Shown here one piece after another: positions 19,082 to 25,896 of a stretch of DNA of 64,000 nucleotides. The notes beneath the pieces are model-generated. The model saw only the letters and a program-made list of their open reading frames with translations, made no database searches and had not been told where the DNA came from. Each line of letters opens with the position of its first letter. Positions within the stretch are counted from its first letter, which is position 1. The DNA lies in the NCBI GenBank assembly GCA_037190225.1, contig JBBCJL010000001.1:317035-381034 (forward strand), written 5' to 3'. Source of the stretch: Edaphocola sp. Its GTDB lineage: Bacteria > Bacteroidota > Bacteroidia > Chitinophagales > Chitinophagaceae. The translations under genes were made by a program, and so were the position numbers.

Positions 19082-22000
19082 TATGGCTGGAAATATTGTT
19101 TGAATGATTTGGATTGAATGGTCTGGTCGATGATCTCGTATATAAGGTTCCAGTCGAAGTCCTGGGTATTATCCGTTACAAAATATAAGGCGTACACTTT
19201 GGCCTTCCCGATATGCTCTGCCTGTGTCAGGTCCTTGTCCGCAATGGTCAGTATCAGGCGCCTGGAGCTCTTCCGGCCTGACTGCTGCTCATTGATGGTG
19301 CCTGTCTTGGCATAGAAATAGTATTGCCCGTATTTGGCGGCGGTTCCCTGCAGCCTTCTGGCCGTCCCGCCGGTGATCACCTGCTTCATACCGGTAAAGA
19401 TATTGGCCGCGAGGAACTGGTTATACCTGTTGTTCCAGGTAGCGTCCACAGCCCAGGGGGACCGGGCCAGCTTCTGCGGTACAACACTGAGCTGCAGGTT
19501 ATTGTTCTGGGTGAACATGGACAGGTACATCTCTGCCATTTTATACGGTGTGATGCGCAGCGGGTAGCCGCCCAGCGCTGCCGTCATGACGCCCAGGTTG
19601 AAGTTCTGGTGTATCTCTGTCTGCGCCCTGTCGGACTGCAGGAAAAAGCTCTCTTCGGGGAAGCTCCACAGGTAGCCGGTATTCTTGTTCCTGCTGAGGA
19701 TATCGGACAGGTAGGGGTCCACGAAATGCACCCGGTCGTTGGTAGTGGCTTTCATATCCAGCTTATCCTTATCCTTGGTCCTGAGCCCGACATTGGTCTC
19801 AAAGCCGTTGGCCAGCAGGGAATTCTCATTCCCGAAATAAGACCGGTGGGTGGCGCTTTTGTCTGTCATCGGCCACTCTTTGCTGCCGTAATTCTTAAGG
19901 TATAGGGCCCGGCCCTTATAGGTTACAATGGGAAAGGTATTGTTCCGGCCCGGCTGGTCTGTCAGCACGCTGCTCAGCGTGTACTGGCTGCCCTGCAGGA
20001 AATCTTCCCTGGTATAGGAGCCCAGGAACATATACAGCGCGTGGTAAAAATTGCTGGAGTGTGCGATGAACGCGGGGATATCCATAGGCGCGTAATAATG
20101 CTCGTCATTTTTCCAGGGCTTGATCAGCCGGAGGCCTGCAAAATTCTCGCGGTCGCCTCCCGGTGCGGTAAAGATGAGGGATTCCCAGCCAGCATTGACC
20201 TGCGATGTGACCACTCCCGCGGTCAGCGCCTTGATGGACGAGCCGGGCCCGAGGTAGAGGTTCAGCAGGTTCCTGTTGCCCCACTGGTCCCTTTCGTTCT
20301 TGGCATTGCTATAAAAGAACTGCTGGCGCTGCAGCGCAAAAATGGTAGGCTGGTCATTCGGGTCTATGACCCGCCTGTTGCTCACATAATCGTTCATAAA
20401 GCGGATATGCCCATCACCATCGGCTCCTATAACGCTGAAGTTGAAATTGGTATGCCTGGTGCCGAAGGTCGTGCCGGCGCTTTTTTGTATCGCCCGGTGC
20501 ACCGCGGAGGACAGGTCGTAATCCAGCGTAATATAATTATTGGCCAGCAGCATGCTGTCATTGCTGTAAGCGCCCCGTATGGCGTTGGCATAGCTGTAGA
20601 TCCAGAAATTATCGCTCCTTAAAGGATAAATGATCCTGTAGGTGCCGTTGATCCATTTATTGGTGGCATATTTATTGCCTTCCGACTGGAAGCCCAGCTG
20701 GTAGGCCTTGCCCTGCTGGTAGATCGTGGCCATATCATCATATTGCAGGGTACCCGCATAGGAGGTGGCATTCTGTATCATGTTCTTCTGCGCGTTCTTA
20801 TAGATGAACACGCTTGTCTGTCCGGCATTGGCATTGATGATATTCAGGATGCCCACATTATCCTGGGCACCTTTCACCCAGTTTTTCGGGATCACGGCCA
20901 GCTGGTAATTGCCGGACGGGTTATGGGTAAAGAAAGGCAGTATGATACGGCGCTTCTCCTTGTCCGAATACAGCAGGGCGGTAGCGCTCCCTGCCGCCTG
21001 GATGGATTCAAGGATATTGCCCTGCCATATCTTACGGCTTTCCACGGGCGGCAGCTCCAGGTAGAGGTTTTTATTGTAAACGGCATTATACCTGCCATTA
21101 TCATAGATCATGAATAATGGATTGCTGAGCTGGAATGCTGTGGCAGGCTTTTGTACCAGGTTATCCAGTATGCTACGGGTATAATTATCCTTAACGACAT
21201 CGTTGCGGAGCGTCTGGAAATTGGTGTCCGCCGCGAGCAGTGTGATGACCTTATTATAGGTGATCTTTTCCCGCTTTGCTTCCATCCCGTCCTGTATGTT
21301 GGCCAGTATAGCGTTCAGGTCCTTTTCAACGTGCTCTTTGGTAGTCTCCATGACGATGGAGAAATTATCATTGTTCAGCTCATTTTCCCTGACGGTGGTC
21401 AGCGCGAAAACAGCGATCAGCGCAATAAAGAGTATATAGCGGATGCTGCTGCTCTGCACATCTACCTGGAAAGAATGCTTGGGCGTAGGACGCTGCATCA
21501 GGGTAACCGCCCACAGCAGGAGCGGCAGCAGGACGCTTAGCCTGCTGGTAAGGCTCAGGAAGGGGAAGTCCTGCCCGAAGAATACGAACCTGTTGGTAGC
21601 GGTAAGCCATACGAACAGGGCTATGGTGAACAGGATCAGCAGGGGGATCAGGCCGGTATAGCTGTCTATATCCCGCTGCCTTTCTTTGGTATTGACGAGT
21701 GTCAGCTGGTAAGCTATCAGGTAAAATACCATCGGTATCACCATCAGGAAGAGGATCAGGTACATGGTAAAATCGCCCCATTCGCTGATGACGTACCTGG
21801 CCAGCACCACATCCCTGGTCTGCGTGGAATAATCCACACCGATCCTGGAATGCGCCCGCAGGTTGATGGTCTCGCTGTTGTCATACTCCTTGGAAATATA
21901 GGAATTGATGAACCATTGGTTTTCCGCGGTCTCAATGATCTTCTGGGTCTTGAAGGAGGTGTATTCGTTGGCCTGCAGCAATTCATGGATAGGCTGGTAA

Positions 22001-24546
22001 ATAATGGAGGCGCGGTATTGCACGTGCTTCACCACATCTGCCATCTGGTGGTCCATCCATTTCCGGGTAACGGGAATGACCGCGAGAATGCCCGCCGCTA
22101 CTGCTATGACCATACCTGCCGACTGTACTCTTTTAGGCGCGGACAGGGCACGCAGCACAACAGCGGCGAGCGCCAATACCCCGAAGAAGACCCATACCTT
22201 GTAGGTCAGCAGGTAGTAGAACAGGGGCTTTACGGATAATAAGGTGAGGTACAGGGCCAGGGCTGTCAGCCCGTATATCCAGAAGTTCTGCGGCATCAGG
22301 AGCCTGTTGGCAATAGATACCCTGGTATTGGCCAGCGGCTTTTTAAGGAAGTTGACAAGGATGTTCTTCAGTAAAAGGAACAGGAAGAACAGGATGGCAA
22401 ATCCCCTGTCCGTCAGGCCGAAGAACACGAGGGTGGTAAGGGTGATAAAGGTGGTAGGATTATTGAAAAAGTAGTAAAGGAGCGCATGCAGGTGCTCCAG
22501 CCACTTCTTTTTGCCGCCGTACAGCAGGGGCTTGGGAGTATATTCAAAAGCGGCATTGGCTTTGCCGGAATAATACACATAGCCCAGTATAGGCAGCAGT
22601 ATGCTGACGATCCTGGTCAGGAGCTCGATATGCAGCACTTTCTTATTCAGCATAAATACCACGAAGCACAGGCCGATAAAGGCGATGTATTGCAGGTTGA
22701 TATTGCTGAGCCTGGGGCTGAGCTTCGTGAACAGGCTGCCGGCATCCGGCAGTACCCGGCTAAGCAGGCCGGTCCTGTACAGGATCAGCAATATTACCAT
22801 GCCGAGTATCCAGATGACCGTAAGCGGCAGGGGGAGCTGTATGCCGATATTGAAGTCAAAATTCAGGAGCGTATTTTCCAGCTCATGCTTGGAGATGTTC
22901 TCCAGCGGCGGGAAGGTTGCCAGGCGCCAGTACATGATGAACCTCAGCACCGACAGCGCCATGATGACCATCAGGATAATGGGCTCTATGCGTTCCAGCT
23001 TCTTGCCCGGGAAGAAGACCTGCAGGATCACGAACGAGGCGAAGATAAGCCCCAGGTAAAAAATGGACTTCTCCGTGCTGAAGCCGTTATCGCTGAAATC
23101 CCGGAGCTGGAAGAGGTACTGGGCTTTCTGGTCTTTGGTCAGCAGCGCGAACTTCCGGTCCGTCACCTGGATGGAGGCGCTGGACGCATTGAAGTCGGCC
23201 ACGTTCAGCTCTATGGCTGTATTGGGCTGCCCGGAAATATAATCTATGCTGCCGTTGACAGGCGTAGCGGTCACGAGCTGGTAGGTGTTGAATAAAAAGC
23301 CTTCCTTGAGATCATTGCCTATGATCTGCTCGAAATCATTGGTGATAAAGCGGATGTTCTTATTGCCCGCTTCCTGCTTGCCGGGACTCCTGAGCATATA
23401 GGTATTCGGGTAATCGAAATACAGCGCGGCATCCATTTTCCTGCTCTGCGGGTAGCCGGTTGCATCAAAGCGGTCTATATATAATTGCTTCCTGTAGTTG
23501 CTGAAGCCGATGTAGAACTTTTCCGCATAGGCGATGCCTGATGTGTTTTTGAGCCGGGGAGCGGCCGCCTGCCCGTCGATCTTTACCGTATAGTTGTTTT
23601 CAAAAACGTTCTTAGCAGGGAAGAATTTATACTGCTTGTCCGTATGTTCAAAATGGGCCAGGAGATAGCTGTCGCCCAGCTCCTGCAGCATGGCTTCCAG
23701 CACCTGGTAGCTTTCCGGCTTCCCGGATTCAAAGGTCCGGCCGTTCAGCAGCAGCTCAAACAGTTGCTTGCCTATGTTCAGGTCGGATGTGATGATCGTG
23801 ATGTGATCCTGGTAAGGCGCCTGCACATTCCACTGGGATAATATCTCGGGATTTTTGCCCGTCAGCGATACGGTAAATTGCAGCCCGTCCTTTTCATCGG
23901 ATACCAGCTTTCTGAAGAATCCCGGCTTATAAGGAGCCACCTGTATGGTGACGTCAAAGTCCGCGTTGGACAGCTGCAGCGACTGTTGTATGGGTTGGGG
24001 ATAAATATTGTTCAGCAAAGCGGCTTTCCTGCCGTCAACGGGTTTAAACACCGGGATAAAGAACCGGTCAAACTGTAAGGAGGCCGTGCTGCCGCTGCCC
24101 TTTACGGTAATACTGCCGGTCTGTGCATTGCTGTCCGTAGCGGTGCTTTCCAGGAACAGCTGATCCTGGAAAGCGATCCCGGCATTGCTGAGTCCATGGT
24201 AATCATTGTTTAAGAACCATGTGCGGTTGCCGAAGGGATGGGTAGTGGTATAGATGCACCATACACCCAGGATAAATACTACGGACAGCACGGCGAATTT
24301 GAGAATGCCTTCCCACTTTTTGCCGAACAGGAAGAGCTTATGGCCGATGCCGGGATCGTTGCCGATGTCCTTTTGCTTCTTCTGGAATACGGTATTGACA
24401 ATATCCTCCAGCTGGAGCTGCACCACGAAGTAAACAATGATGGCCATTATGGTCAGGCTGAGGAACCAGCTGATCACACTGCCCCAGAGTATGTTCATGG
24501 TGATGATGATACCTGCTGCCAGAGCAGTATAGATATATTTGAGCAT
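19081..24546 (-). CDS. Giant (1821 aa) polytopic membrane protein: N-terminal extracytoplasmic domain, ~14-TM core with SEDS-like features, and a C-terminal penicillin-binding-protein (transpeptidase-fold) domain
   Basis: The three PBP active-site motifs occur in order. GPGSSIKALT (SxxK) lies at 20230-20241, AHSSNFY (SxN) at 20050-20058, and FYAKTGT (KTG) at 19297-19308. A dimerisation-like segment lies upstream (ITLDYDLSSAVHRAIQ ... FSVIGADGDGHIRFMNDY). The membrane core has a ~90-aa loop followed by TRDVVLARYVISEWGDFTMYLILFLMV (21769-21789 encodes ISEWGDF). It also contains FFGQDFPFLSLTSRLSV (about 21550-21586). These two segments resemble the SEDS TDFIF..GEE.G..G and G.PLPF.SYGGSS regions. 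Confidence 0.7.
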   Translation of the reverse strand: MLKYIYTALAAGIIITMNILWGSVISWFLSLTIMAIIVYFVVQLQLEDIVNTVFQKKQKDIGNDPGIGHKLFLFGKKWEGILKFAVLSVVFILGVWCIYTTTHPFGNRTWFLNNDYHGLSNAGIAFQDQLFLESTATDSNAQTGSITVKGSGSTASLQFDRFFIPVFKPVDGRKAALLNNIYPQPIQQSLQLSNADFDVTIQVAPYKPGFFRKLVSDEKDGLQFTVSLTGKNPEILSQWNVQAPYQDHITIITSDLNIGKQLFELLLNGRTFESGKPESYQVLEAMLQELGDSYLLAHFEHTDKQYKFFPAKNVFENNYTVKIDGQAAAPRLKNTSGIAYAEKFYIGFSNYRKQLYIDRFDATGYPQSRKMDAALYFDYPNTYMLRSPGKQEAGNKNIRFITNDFEQIIGNDLKEGFLFNTYQLVTATPVNGSIDYISGQPNTAIELNVADFNASSASIQVTDRKFALLTKDQKAQYLFQLRDFSDNGFSTEKSIFYLGLIFASFVILQVFFPGKKLERIEPIILMVIMALSVLRFIMYWRLATFPPLENISKHELENTLLNFDFNIGIQLPLPLTVIWILGMVILLILYRTGLLSRVLPDAGSLFTKLSPRLSNINLQYIAFIGLCFVVFMLNKKVLHIELLTRIVSILLPILGYVYYSGKANAAFEYTPKPLLYGGKKKWLEHLHALLYYFFNNPTTFITLTTLVFFGLTDRGFAILFFLFLLLKNILVNFLKKPLANTRVSIANRLLMPQNFWIYGLTALALYLTLLSVKPLFYYLLTYKVWVFFGVLALAAVVLRALSAPKRVQSAGMVIAVAAGILAVIPVTRKWMDHQMADVVKHVQYRASIIYQPIHELLQANEYTSFKTQKIIETAENQWFINSYISKEYDNSETINLRAHSRIGVDYSTQTRDVVLARYVISEWGDFTMYLILFLMVIPMVFYLIAYQLTLVNTKERQRDIDSYTGLIPLLILFTIALFVWLTATNRFVFFGQDFPFLSLTSRLSVLLPLLLWAVTLMQRPTPKHSFQVDVQSSSIRYILFIALIAVFALTTVRENELNNDNFSIVMETTKEHVEKDLNAILANIQDGMEAKREKITYNKVITLLAADTNFQTLRNDVVKDNYTRSILDNLVQKPATAFQLSNPLFMIYDNGRYNAVYNKNLYLELPPVESRKIWQGNILESIQAAGSATALLYSDKEKRRIILPFFTHNPSGNYQLAVIPKNWVKGAQDNVGILNIINANAGQTSVFIYKNAQKNMIQNATSYAGTLQYDDMATIYQQGKAYQLGFQSEGNKYATNKWINGTYRIIYPLRSDNFWIYSYANAIRGAYSNDSMLLANNYITLDYDLSSAVHRAIQKSAGTTFGTRHTNFNFSVIGADGDGHIRFMNDYVSNRRVIDPNDQPTIFALQRQQFFYSNAKNERDQWGNRNLLNLYLGPGSSIKALTAGVVTSQVNAGWESLIFTAPGGDRENFAGLRLIKPWKNDEHYYAPMDIPAFIAHSSNFYHALYMFLGSYTREDFLQGSQYTLSSVLTDQPGRNNTFPIVTYKGRALYLKNYGSKEWPMTDKSATHRSYFGNENSLLANGFETNVGLRTKDKDKLDMKATTNDRVHFVDPYLSDILSRNKNTGYLWSFPEESFFLQSDRAQTEIHQNFNLGVMTAALGGYPLRITPYKMAEMYLSMFTQNNNLQLSVVPQKLARSPWAVDATWNNRYNQFLAANIFTGMKQVITGGTARRLQGTAAKYGQYYFYAKTGTINEQQSGRKSSRRLILTIADKDLTQAEHIGKAKVYALYFVTDNTQDFDWNLIYEIIDQTIQSKSFKQYFQP

Positions 24547-25655
24547 TATAAGTCTTTTAATTTATACCCGTGGATGATATAATTATCCAGGTCCTTTATT
24601 CCCAGCTGTTTCAGCACTGATATGGTCTGCCGCAGGTTGACCGGTGTTTTGTCCACAGGGGTGCCTTGCGTCAGCTCGGGGTATTTCTGGTGGTCGGACT
24701 TGTTCTTAAGCAGGGTATTGATATTGGTGATATCGTAATCCTGGCGTTTGGCCAGCTTTTCGCGGGTAATGGCGGTGTACTGTACGGAAGCCATGGTCAT
24801 ATATTTGAATATATTGGCAAGGTCCCCCTGGTCTATGGCGGATTGCAGGGGTAGTATGATTTCCTGGAATGCGGTCTTATAATAAGCTGTGTCCGCGTCT
24901 ATCGCCTGCTTTAGCTCCTTATGATTGCGCTTGAGGTCCGTATAGCTCTGCTTGAGTATTTTGCTGTCCTCGCGCAGCTTATCATATTTCTGCTTTAGCT
25001 GGGTGATGTTGACATTCGCTCTTGACCTGGGCTTGTCGGGCGGAGCGGCAGCTGCCTCTTCCTGCTGGAGCGGTGAGCCTCCCTGGCCGTCTTCTTCCAC
25101 CTCGATCTCTTCCGGCAGCGCTGCGGGCCTGGTGCCGGCCTTCGCCAGCAGGAACCCTGCCGCTATACCGGCTACGGGCAGCAATACGAACCAATACCAG
25201 TTGCTGCTGCCGGTGTTCGGGTCTGTGCCGGAGGCGTCCTGGGGCCTTACCAGCTTTTCCTGTTCGCTTCCTGCCTGGAGCTGCTGTTCATTTGCCACAT
25301 AAAGGGTGCGCTGCGGCAGCTCATTGGCATGGCTCAGCAGCTTTTCCAGGTTGTCGATATCGCCGTACTGCTTATACCTGGCATCTATCAGGTCCGCGGG
25401 GATCTTAAGCAGGCTCAGGATTTTCTGGTTGTCGGCCTTGTTCTTAAGCAGCACTTTGCCATCGCGTATCTCTATCGGTACCGTTTGCTTCTCATTATCT
25501 ACTGTAATAAGGGCGGACTGGTCGGTAGTGATCTTAATGCTGATATTTTTATCAAATCCGTTATCACTGATGATGAACGTATTTTCCCGGGTGGGCTGTG
25601 CCCACAGGAGTAGGGATTGTAAGGTGAGTATACTGATGAAAATGAATTTTTTCAT
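24546..25655 (-). CDS. Bitopic membrane protein with cytoplasmic coiled coil, unknown function (operon gene 2)
   Basis: A signal peptide (MKKFIFISILTLQSLLLWAQ) precedes a ~140-aa extracytoplasmic domain and the TM helix WYWFVLLPVAGIAAGFLLA. An acidic/Pro linker leads to a coiled coil (ITQLKQKYDKLREDSKILKQSYTDLKRNHKELKQAI) and a C-terminal globular part. The stop overlaps the start of the giant gene (TAATG). Confidence 0.6.
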   Translation of the reverse strand: MKKFIFISILTLQSLLLWAQPTRENTFIISDNGFDKNISIKITTDQSALITVDNEKQTVPIEIRDGKVLLKNKADNQKILSLLKIPADLIDARYKQYGDIDNLEKLLSHANELPQRTLYVANEQQLQAGSEQEKLVRPQDASGTDPNTGSSNWYWFVLLPVAGIAAGFLLAKAGTRPAALPEEIEVEEDGQGGSPLQQEEAAAAPPDKPRSRANVNITQLKQKYDKLREDSKILKQSYTDLKRNHKELKQAIDADTAYYKTAFQEIILPLQSAIDQGDLANIFKYMTMASVQYTAITREKLAKRQDYDITNINTLLKNKSDHQKYPELTQGTPVDKTPVNLRQTISVLKQLGIKDLDNYIIHGYKLKDL

Positions 25656-25853
25656 AGATTGTAATTGTGTATTGTTGGGTTAGATACAATAAGGATATTA
25701 TGAAATGAACTTCGGTTTAACAGCATATCCCGGTAAATGGTTGACTGCCCGGCCGGCGATCCCTGTGCGTTACGGAACGCCCTGTATTTGAATATTAGCT
25801 TTATTGGTCCCCGGGCTTTCAGGTCACGTACATTCATCCGGCATATGACCGGC

Positions 25854-25896
25854 AAGGATTCCGGTGAGCGGCCGCCGGCCGCTCACCGGAATCCTT
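25854..25896 (-). promoter_or_regulatory. 20-bp perfect inverted repeat overlapping the stop codon of the ASKHA gene (attenuator or terminator-like hairpin)
   Basis: The arms are aaggattccggtgagcggcc (25854-25873) and ggccgctcaccggaatcctt (25877-25896), with a 3-nt loop. No U tract follows on the minus strand. Confidence 0.5.

Noticed and set aside
25652-25855. 67-aa ORF in the spacer between the ASKHA gene and gene 2
   Set aside because: It has no convincing start context, its composition is not protein-like, and it overlaps the hairpin/spacer. I treated the region as non-coding.
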